Shown piece after piece: positions 6,174 through 12,543 of a stretch of 33,949 nt of DNA. Source of the stretch: a virus. Each line of letters begins with the position of its first letter. Within the stretch, counting starts at the first letter, position 1. Where the stretch lies: the IMG/VR virus record IMGVR_UViG_3300046748_000066; one strand, written 5' to 3'. The position numbers and the translations under genes were made by a program. The notes beneath the pieces are model-generated. The model worked only from the letters and a program-made list of their open reading frames with translations, was not told the DNA's origin and did not search any database.

Positions 6174-6186
6174 TATAATTATAGAA
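6157..6186 (+). promoter_or_regulatory. Conserved promoter-like block, copy B: AAGTAGAA-N5-GTAGTATAAT-N-ATAGAA
   Basis: 26 of 30 positions are identical to 3858..3887. TATAAT at 6174..6179, 25 nt upstream of ATG 6204. Confidence 0.4.
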
Positions 6187-6203
6187 CAAACATAGGAGAT
6201 ATT

Positions 6204-7010
6204 ATGTTATCACAACAACAAATAGAAGATAGAAAGCGTGGCATTGGTGGATCTGATTCAACAAGAATCATGACCGGTGACTGGCAATCTGTTTGGGAAG
6301 AGAAGACAGGTCGTAAAGAACCTGATGATCTCTCTCAAAACATAGCAGTACAAGTAGGTGTTGCAACAGAAAAAGTTAACCTAGATTTTTTAGGTTATGA
6401 GTTAGATGAAAAAATAATTAGAGATGTTGATGTTACAAGTAGTGGTGTACATCCTGATTGGTTGATGTCACATCTAGATGGTATGACATATGAAAAAAAG
6501 ATACCAATAGAATGTAAGCATACGTATCATGGCAATCGTTTTGATGTATTGGCTGAACGTAACTACTGGCAGATGCAACACTACATGATGCACACTGGTG
6601 CAACATGGATGTATCTCTCAGCTATATTTGGTAACAATAAATGGGAACACGGTGTAATAGATAGTGACATGGGAGACCAACAACGATTGTTCAAAGTCCT
6701 TAGTTACATCTGGGAATGTGTTGTCAATGATGAACAACCAATAGATGTAGAGTTACCGGTAACACCAAAGCCAGATGACATTGCTATCAATGGATTAAAG
6801 TCAATAGACTTGAGTAAAGATGACGAGTTCTTAGAACAAGTAAAGCTATACAAAGCTACCAAACCATTTGTTATACAACACAATGAACATAAAGATAATT
6901 TAAAAAGCAGATTAGATAAGACCAAACATCGTAAAGTATATGGTGCAGGTATATCTATATCATTAAACAAACGTGGAATCATTAGTCTAAAGGAGGACAA
7001 AGATGAGTAA
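6204..7010 (+). CDS. YqaJ-type (lambda Exo-like, PD-(D/E)XK) recombination exonuclease
   Basis: The N-terminal RKRGIGGSDSTRIMTG (YqaJ hallmark GIGxSD) and HLDGMTYEKKIPIECKHT (D...E-x-K catalytic motif). Followed by annealing-protein and SSB genes. Confidence 0.75.
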   Translation: MLSQQQIEDRKRGIGGSDSTRIMTGDWQSVWEEKTGRKEPDDLSQNIAVQVGVATEKVNLDFLGYELDEKIIRDVDVTSSGVHPDWLMSHLDGMTYEKKIPIECKHTYHGNRFDVLAERNYWQMQHYMMHTGATWMYLSAIFGNNKWEHGVIDSDMGDQQRLFKVLSYIWECVVNDEQPIDVELPVTPKPDDIAINGLKSIDLSKDDEFLEQVKLYKATKPFVIQHNEHKDNLKSRLDKTKHRKVYGAGISISLNKRGIISLKEDKDE

Positions 7011-7434
7011 CTATACAGAACAATTGATTGCTAAATTTAAAAGCGATTACAAGCTAGGTAGTGCAGACTTCTGGGATCTTAAAAGAGGTGGCAAAACTAC
7101 ATGGATAATTAAACACAATGCTCTAGAAAAAGTAGCAGCTCAAGACAACATTACGTGGACATTAGATGTACTTAACTTTAATCCAGATGTTGTTGTTAAG
7201 TGTGTAGCTACACTAGGTGAAAGGACTGTAGAATCATTAGGTGAAAGCAGTAAACAAAATACAATGAACTCTTATCCATATGCAATGGCAGAGAAGAGAG
7301 CAGTAGATAGATGTATCTTAAAACTATTGAATGCTCATGCTTACTTGTATTCAGAAGCTGAAGCTGATGACTTTAAAGAACCTGTTGGTAATAAAAAAGT
7401 TAAACTATTGGAGGAAAAAATAAATGGCAAATGA
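7003..7434 (+). CDS. Small Rad52/Sak-like single-strand annealing protein (143 aa)
   Basis: VVVKCVATLGERTVESLGES...YPYAMAEKRAVDRCILKLL resembles the beta-hairpin plus helix core (G.G ... A.K.A.tDAlKRa) of Rad52-type SSAPs. It sits between an exonuclease and an SSB. Confidence 0.5.
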   Translation: MSNYTEQLIAKFKSDYKLGSADFWDLKRGGKTTWIIKHNALEKVAAQDNITWTLDVLNFNPDVVVKCVATLGERTVESLGESSKQNTMNSYPYAMAEKRAVDRCILKLLNAHAYLYSEAEADDFKEPVGNKKVKLLEEKINGK

Positions 7435-7813
7435 TTTAAACAGAGTATGTTTAATAGGTAGGCTCGGCAAAGATGCCGAGCTTAAAGATTCAAGCAGTGG
7501 CAAACAGTACATGAAGTTTAGTCTAGCTACCAATCGTATGAAAGGTAGAGAAGAAGTAACTGACTGGCACAACGTTACTGTCTGGAATGAAAAACTTGTT
7601 GAACATTTACATCCATATCTGGTCAAAGGCAAACAGATATATCTAGAGGGATTGACTACGTCATGGAGAAAAGATGACGACCACATCATACCTCAGATAG
7701 AAGTAAACTATGGACACAACATACAACTACTAGGTGACAAGATGTCTAAGCAAGACAAATCTAATGTAGAAGAAATTAAATCAGTATTTAATGGTGATGA
7801 ACCACCGTTCTAG
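7424..7813 (+). CDS. ssb: Single-stranded DNA-binding protein
   Basis: The N-terminus NRVCLIGRLGKDAELK...FSLATN...DWHNVTVWNEKL is a classic OB-fold SSB. The acidic C-terminal tip NGDEPPF corresponds to the DDDIPF-type tail. Confidence 0.85.
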   Translation: MANDLNRVCLIGRLGKDAELKDSSSGKQYMKFSLATNRMKGREEVTDWHNVTVWNEKLVEHLHPYLVKGKQIYLEGLTTSWRKDDDHIIPQIEVNYGHNIQLLGDKMSKQDKSNVEEIKSVFNGDEPPF

Positions 7814-7821
7814 GAGGAACA

Positions 7822-8043
7822 ATGACACCGATACAACTAGGCGTACTCAAATACATTGAACAGTATATAGATACTACGGGTATAAGCCCGACCTATCGTG
7901 AGATAAAGGAGGGGTGTAACCTCTCCGCTATCTCTCATGCTCACAAGATTGTTGATGTCTTGATTAAGAATGCACATCTTGATATGGATCCAGCTGGTCA
8001 TAGAAAGATAAGGCGTAAGGCAGACAGCGACAAACATGAGTAG
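7822..8043 (+). CDS. Stand-alone LexA-type winged-helix DNA-binding domain protein (73 aa, no S24 peptidase domain)
   Basis: MTPIQLGVLKYIEQYIDTTGISPTYREIKEGCNLSAISHAHKIVDVLIKNAHL aligns by eye with the LexA N-terminus (LTxRQxEVFxxIxxxIxxTGxPPTxxEIAxxLGxxSxxAAxxHLxxLxxKG). The ORF ends soon after the domain. Confidence 0.6.
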   Translation: MTPIQLGVLKYIEQYIDTTGISPTYREIKEGCNLSAISHAHKIVDVLIKNAHLDMDPAGHRKIRRKADSDKHE

Positions 8044-8335
8044 CAACAAGAAAGAAAAAAAAATAATGAACTACATGGCACAAGTATATGGCTGTATAGT
8101 TTGCAAAAGAGAGGGACATGGATTTACAGAAGCAAGCATTCATCACCTGCGAACAGGCATGGGAATGGGACAGCGAAGTAAATTATTCATCCCACTTTGC
8201 TGGAATCACCATCAACATCCTGAGCATGGTATACATGGTGGTACCAAATCATGGCAGAAGAAACATGGTACTGAGCTAGAACTATTAGAATATTATAATC
8301 TTACTAGCGAAGAGGGTTATCAGATCGAGCCTTAA
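8036..8335 (+). CDS. Ref-like (RecA-dependent nuclease family) HNH endonuclease
   Basis: GCIVCK...ASIHHLRTGMGMGQRSKLFIPLCWNHHQ...GIHGG fits the C-x2-C ... HH-x-R ... G-x-G-x-K/R ... IPLC-x2-HH pattern of P1 Ref/DUF968-type nucleases. The start is uncertain (8036, 8066 or 8075). Confidence 0.55.
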   Translation: MSSNKKEKKIMNYMAQVYGCIVCKREGHGFTEASIHHLRTGMGMGQRSKLFIPLCWNHHQHPEHGIHGGTKSWQKKHGTELELLEYYNLTSEEGYQIEP

Positions 8336-8528
8336 TCTCTTCTACTTTAGCTTTGAGTACAGCTATCTCTGCCTTATTAATAGCTATGTCTTGTTCCAGA
8401 GGTTTAATATCTGGAGCAGACTTAGCTTCTAACACATCAATCCTCTGTATTAATTGACCTTGAAATACAAAGAGAGAGCCAATAGTTATCACTAAACCTA
8501 CAATCCCTGCTATCGTTTTAATATCCAC
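8304..8528 (-). CDS. Small N-terminal-TM plus coiled-coil protein (74 aa), i-spanin-like topology
   Basis: GTG start 5 nt after AAGGAGG. IAGIVGLVITIGSLFVF is a TM segment and the remainder is heptad-like (IAINKAEIAVLKAKVEEIKA). It is the last gene of the minus arm, and its 3' end overlaps the 3' end of the plus arm by 32 nt. Confidence 0.6.
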   Translation of the reverse strand: MDIKTIAGIVGLVITIGSLFVFQGQLIQRIDVLEAKSAPDIKPLEQDIAINKAEIAVLKAKVEEIKARSDNPLR

Positions 8529-9987
8529 GTATCCTCCTTAGATGTTCTTCAGCCCTTATCCTATTGTCAGTAGCTTCTTGAACTTTCTTTTGATATTGCT
8601 GAACAGGATCTTGATTTCCATACGTAACTTCAGCATATATATTTCTAGTATCAATATAGTTTCTGGTCTCATTGTAATTACCACCGTCTATGTTTAATTG
8701 ATTTCTAAATATATTTTGATTTACATTACTATAAGTGTCAACAGATGTTGAACTCGCTATAGCTTTAGCTACCAACAGATTAACTTGTTCTAGCTTTTGG
8801 GTAACGCTACCTGTAGTTTGTTCAACTTGTCTAGTTATATCTGCTATCGAAACATCGATACTATCTTGTTCCACAATTGCAACATCTTCATCTTCAGTGA
8901 CAGTGGTTGCACTTTCTGATGTGGCTTCCACTCCTGTGTCTTCGCTTGATTCAATTGCGACTGGACTTTCTTCACCTCCAGATTCTTCTCTGACCTCTGC
9001 GACTTCTGTGATTTCTTCAGGCTCAGGGTTTCGTTCGACAGGTCTAGCTTCTTCGGTACCTCCTGCAACTTCTTCGATTCCTGATTCTTCTCTGACTTCA
9101 ACAACTTCTTCTTCAACTTCGATCTCTGTTGCGACTTCCTCGATGATCTCTTGATTACCATAACTTATCTCCAATTCTTCAGGTGGTTCTAATGTAAATA
9201 CATTGATGACACCTGTGTTTATTTCTTCTATTGCTACCTCTTGAATGTAAACCTCACTAAACGTTTCAATAATTAATTCAGGTTCTTCAAAGGGTATAAA
9301 TTCTTCTACTATAAATTCTTCGTATATAAATAATTCTTCTGGGCTAACCATAGTTAATACTTCTTCTATCTCTTCAAATGCTGTAGCTATAATTTCTGTC
9401 TCAGCTACGCTTAATACTGTTGGATCATATGTCATTGTGACCGATATATTATCTACATTGGGACCACCAAGATTGTCTGGTGCATTAGCATCTTCACCAC
9501 TTAAATATAGATTGCCCACCCTACTGCCCGTCCCTGTATATGTAAGACTATCTGAATAATTAACACCATCGATACCTGTTGTATTACTGCGTGTTTGCGT
9601 AGTTGTAGCAAGTACATTGCCAAGTTCATCTTTAATCTGTATGCGTACAGTAAAGCTATCAGCACCGCCTCTGTTAGGCGCCCATCCACCTACACCACCC
9701 TCACCATTCTGCCACTCTGTTGTGCTGTTGAGAGTAATACCATTGTTTAACATAGGTTGAGTAATAGTATCTGAATATAAATTAAAATCTTGTTCAATAA
9801 ATCCTATGTCTCCAAACTCAAAGTCGTGTCCTCCGGGACAACAATCACCTATAACTTCTGCATCACCTGATGTAGTCCAACCTGTTGATCCATTGTCAAA
9901 CGTACCATTGATAATTAGGTTGCCAGTTACATCTGCATATGCTAGATTAAGAGAGAGCAATACAACAACAAAGCTACTTAACTTCAT
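8518..9987 (-). CDS. Secreted hyper-acidic protein: Sec signal peptide, jelly-roll/CBM-like N-domain, ~200-aa Glu-rich region, C-terminal domain
   Basis: MKLSSFVVVLLSLNLAYA/DVT is a signal peptide. NLIINGTFDNGSTGWT is typical of CBM4/9-like or galactose-binding-like domains. The central region is dominated by E/V/I, with the repeat VREESGIEEV / VREESGGEES. I prefer ATG 9987 to GTG 9990. Confidence 0.7.
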   Translation of the reverse strand: MKLSSFVVVLLSLNLAYADVTGNLIINGTFDNGSTGWTTSGDAEVIGDCCPGGHDFEFGDIGFIEQDFNLYSDTITQPMLNNGITLNSTTEWQNGEGGVGGWAPNRGGADSFTVRIQIKDELGNVLATTTQTRSNTTGIDGVNYSDSLTYTGTGSRVGNLYLSGEDANAPDNLGGPNVDNISVTMTYDPTVLSVAETEIIATAFEEIEEVLTMVSPEELFIYEEFIVEEFIPFEEPELIIETFSEVYIQEVAIEEINTGVINVFTLEPPEELEISYGNQEIIEEVATEIEVEEEVVEVREESGIEEVAGGTEEARPVERNPEPEEITEVAEVREESGGEESPVAIESSEDTGVEATSESATTVTEDEDVAIVEQDSIDVSIADITRQVEQTTGSVTQKLEQVNLLVAKAIASSTSVDTYSNVNQNIFRNQLNIDGGNYNETRNYIDTRNIYAEVTYGNQDPVQQYQKKVQEATDNRIRAEEHLRRIRGY

Positions 9988-10597
9988 CACTAATCATCCC
10001 AGAGGGAATAGGTTTACCATTCCATTCATCAGCTTCAGGCTGATAAAATCCACCAATCTCTGTCCATCTAGCTTTAGCTTTTTCACCAATCAACCCATCA
10101 ATTGGGCAAGGCGTCCCTGCATCCCACATTGATTGCCATACATTTTTATCTTGGCACATCAAAGATATTGCTGCTACTTTCATACCAAGCTTGGCTAGTA
10201 CTGAGGTAGCTTTTCTACGTTCACACTCATCATCTCTCATATAGCTACCAAATGAGCCTGAGAAGCCGATTACGGTTACTCCTGCTGCAAGTGGTATAAC
10301 ACAGCTGTCTTGTCCATAAACGCTCATACTGGGCGCTGAGGAGCCATTGACTGCTGTCTCTTGATTTGTACTATTGTTAGTTGTATTGGATGTAGTAGAG
10401 TTTGAGCTGGATCCTGACTGATAGGTAGTGCTGGATTCGTACCCACCAGTAATAGCAGTATTACTGCCTGCGTTATTGGATTGGGTATTGGTTGTAGCGC
10501 CTGAGCTAGTAACATCAGCTATACTAGATTCTATACTTAACAATGCAATGAGTATTGCAAGTACAACAAGTGCTGGCTTTAGCTTCGACACTTCCAT
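9974..10597 (-). CDS. Secreted protein: signal peptide, S/T/N-rich linker, Cys-containing C-terminal domain (207 aa)
   Basis: MEVSKLKPALVVLAILIALLSIESSIA/DVT is a signal peptide. A ~70-aa S/T/N-rich tract follows, then a domain with five Cys. No catalytic motif recognised. Confidence 0.65.
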   Translation of the reverse strand: MEVSKLKPALVVLAILIALLSIESSIADVTSSGATTNTQSNNAGSNTAITGGYESSTTYQSGSSSNSTTSNTTNNSTNQETAVNGSSAPSMSVYGQDSCVIPLAAGVTVIGFSGSFGSYMRDDECERRKATSVLAKLGMKVAAISLMCQDKNVWQSMWDAGTPCPIDGLIGEKAKARWTEIGGFYQPEADEWNGKPIPSGMISDEVK

Positions 10598-10827
10598 TTT
10601 CTCAACGCCAATGCTTTACGCGTTGGTCTTCCTTTACTATCTTTCATTGGTCCCTTAACTCCTGACATTCTGGCACAAAAACTTTTTCGCCTAGCTGCAG
10701 CTTTAGATCCTTTAGGTGCTTTGCCTGTAACAGGAGGTTTAAGTTTACTTCCATCCTTACGTGCAAAATGCGCTCTACCTGCTGCATTCAATCCACCACT
10801 AGGGTTTTGATATTTCTTAGCTACCAT
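10579..10827 (-). CDS. Small basic protein (82 aa), GGLNAAGR...RRKSFCARM family
   Basis: TAATG-coupled start. NPSGGLNAAGRAHFARKDGSKLKPPVTG...AARRKSFCARMSG resembles a small-protein family I recall from marine phages and giant viruses (annotated only as a DUF). Confidence 0.65.
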   Translation of the reverse strand: MVAKKYQNPSGGLNAAGRAHFARKDGSKLKPPVTGKAPKGSKAAARRKSFCARMSGVKGPMKDSKGRPTRKALALRKWKCRS

Positions 10828-11069
10828 TATGTTTTAGCATATCCAGGTTTGCCCTTAGATGAATTATCTTTTGATTGTTTACGTTTGACTGCTGCTCTCT
10901 TTTGAGAACTAGACATCTTACTTGCTTTAGCTGATGGCACACACTTAGGATACTTGCCACGTTTCTCACCTTTACTTCTGCCACAAGGAGGAAAGCTACC
11001 ATCAGAGCGAGGATTAGCTATGTCTACCCAACGTTCGCCTACCCATGCTTTGAGACCTTTCTTAGCCAT
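10827..11069 (-). CDS. Small basic protein (80 aa), ERWVDI...PCGRS...KYPKCVP family
   Basis: TAATG-coupled at both ends. WVGERWVDIANPRSDGSFPPCGRSKGEKRGKYPKCVPSAKASKMS is a recurrent small viral motif of unknown function. Confidence 0.65.
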   Translation of the reverse strand: MAKKGLKAWVGERWVDIANPRSDGSFPPCGRSKGEKRGKYPKCVPSAKASKMSSSQKRAAVKRKQSKDNSSKGKPGYAKT

Positions 11070-11203
11070 TATTTTTTCTTTTTACCACCGGGCTTGATTC
11101 TGCCAGAGCAAACGCCAGAGGCATACATGTTTGCGTATGCAGATGGATACTTCTTGAACTTTCTTTTAGCTGCCGCTTTACCTTTTGCACATAACTTTGC
11201 CAT
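11069..11203 (-). CDS. Tiny basic protein, 44 aa (below the ORF-track cutoff), KYPSAYANxYASxxC motif
   Basis: Hand translation: MAKLCAKGKAAAKRKFKKYPSAYANMYASGVCSGRIKPGGKKKK. AAGGAGA lies 5 nt upstream of the ATG. Its stop overlaps the next ATG (TAATG), and its start is 1 nt after the upstream stop. Confidence 0.6.
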   Translation of the reverse strand: MAKLCAKGKAAAKRKFKKYPSAYANMYASGVCSGRIKPGGKKKK

Positions 11204-11204
11204 A

Positions 11205-11639
11205 TTATCTCCTTACTAATGAACCACCAAAATACAATCCTATTATGGAACTTACCACATGGGTATCTAATGGTGTGATTACTAATCCTGACATCGGTTT
11301 CCATTGCGTCATGTCTACGTCTGATGCAAATATCCACCAACCCTCTTGTATTGTTTCTGTATATCCTACGTAAATAGGCATTGATGGATCTATAAATGGT
11401 GCAAGTTTTGGTATAACCAGTATAGATACTACAGCTATCAGGGCTATCCAACGTCTGGTATTCTTGGTAAATGAATCAGTTACCTCTCTAGCTTTGTCTA
11501 CTTGTTCTGCTGCAAATTCAGCTCGTTGCATAAACATCTTTTGTTTATCAGCTTCAGCTTGAGCTTTTTGTGCCATGATAGATAGGACACCACCTAGTAC
11601 TGTACTAGCTAACATGCTTAATAATTCCATAGGTATCAT
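11205..11639 (-). CDS. Holin-like membrane protein (144 aa, about 3 hydrophobic segments)
   Basis: I prefer ATG 11639 (an ATGA overlap with the upstream small ORF) to the track start at 11687. It has an N-terminal TM (LLSMLASTVLGGVLSIMA), an amphipathic AQKAQAEADKQKMF helix, a TM at WIALIAVVSILVIP, and a C-terminal VVSSIIGLYFGGSLVRR. The layout recalls 3-TM holins of the GTA-holin type. This is from memory only. Confidence 0.4.
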   Translation of the reverse strand: MIPMELLSMLASTVLGGVLSIMAQKAQAEADKQKMFMQRAEFAAEQVDKAREVTDSFTKNTRRWIALIAVVSILVIPKLAPFIDPSMPIYVGYTETIQEGWWIFASDVDMTQWKPMSGLVITPLDTHVVSSIIGLYFGGSLVRR

Positions 11640-11800
11640 GAGTTGTAGAAATAGCCTCCTACTATTGCAGCTATACCACCTAGCCATGCTATAAATGTAA
11701 TAGCACCTTTGCCTTTGTTGATAGCTTCTTCGAGCTTAGTAATCCTGTCTTCTAAAGATACAATCTTATCTAGTATCTGTGAGTTAGTTACTGTTCTCAT
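11636..11800 (-). CDS. Small coiled-coil plus C-terminal-TM protein, 54 aa (below the ORF-track cutoff)
   Basis: Hand translation: MRTVTNSQILDKIVSLEDRITKLEEAINKGKGAITFIAWLGGIAAIVGGYFYNS. ATGA overlaps at both ends (with the desaturase B stop and the holin-like start). Confidence 0.55.
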   Translation of the reverse strand: MRTVTNSQILDKIVSLEDRITKLEEAINKGKGAITFIAWLGGIAAIVGGYFYNS

Positions 11801-12543
11801 TTAAAAATCCTTTCTATAAAAAATGCAGGAGGATCTAACTCCCACCATTTGTGTCCATGTCTATAGTCTTTTGACTTAGTATGATGATAGTTATGCCAAC
11901 CCTCACCCCAGCTAATCAATGATGTCAATGGACTGTTTACTGCTGTGCAATGTGGTTTAGATTCTACTACTTTATATCCAAAATGTTTACTATGTGGTAT
12001 GACACCAAAAGCTCCAGCCACTATATAAATACAGGCACATGGAAATGAAAATAAAAATAGTCCTAACATAGGATTAATTGTGTACAAAATTAACACATAT
12101 GTAAATAGTAAAGCCCAATAATTCCTAGTGATAAACATATAATCTTTGTCTTTGAGTATGTCTTTGACCATGACTTTGGGTACAGTTATATGGTCATATA
12201 ATGTAAGCCATGCTCTTAGATAACCTATTCTTTCAGGTGATTGGTTGTCATCTGTAGGATGTCCAGAGTATCTATGATGATATCTGTGCTGTGCTGTCCA
12301 TGATAATGGACTACCAAATGCTGATATAACTGTAAGATATTTGAGTATCTTATCTTTAATTGGTGTAGTTTCAAATGATCTATGGCTCATATATCTATGT
12401 ATAGCTATGTTAGTTGAGAATATATTTACAAATGCCCATCCAATTATCCCATAGATTATATACTCAGGATAAGTAACACATGCCCAGACAGATATTAATA
12501 CATTAGTAAGTGCTAGTAGTTGTATCTTGATAGCGTGATTCAT
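11797..12543 (-). CDS. Membrane fatty-acid desaturase, Delta9 (stearoyl-CoA desaturase-like) type, paralogue B (248 aa)
   Basis: His boxes are in canonical order: HRYMSHRSF, QHRYHHRYSG and SWGEGWHNYHHT (compare HRLWSHRSY, HRxHH and GEGxHNYHHxFP). Hydrophobic segments flank them. ATG 12543 forms an ATGA overlap with paralogue A. Confidence 0.8.
   Translation of the reverse strand: MNHAIKIQLLALTNVLISVWACVTYPEYIIYGIIGWAFVNIFSTNIAIHRYMSHRSFETTPIKDKILKYLTVISAFGSPLSWTAQHRYHHRYSGHPTDDNQSPERIGYLRAWLTLYDHITVPKVMVKDILKDKDYMFITRNYWALLFTYVLILYTINPMLGLFLFSFPCACIYIVAGAFGVIPHSKHFGYKVVESKPHCTAVNSPLTSLISWGEGWHNYHHTKSKDYRHGHKWWELDPPAFFIERIFK

Noticed and set aside
8735-9161. ORFs 8735..9154 (+, Ser/Thr-rich) and 8844..9161 (-, Lys-rich) inside the acidic protein gene
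   Set aside because: They are alternative-frame and antisense readings of the GAA/GAG-rich tract. All frames stay open because of low complexity, and there is no independent start context.
11062-11451. 129-aa minus-strand ORF in the track
   Set aside because: It overlaps both the holin-like gene and the 44-aa gene in a different frame. It has no RBS and an odd Cys/Arg/Ile-rich composition. The alternative pair of genes fits the ATGA/TAATG coupling pattern.
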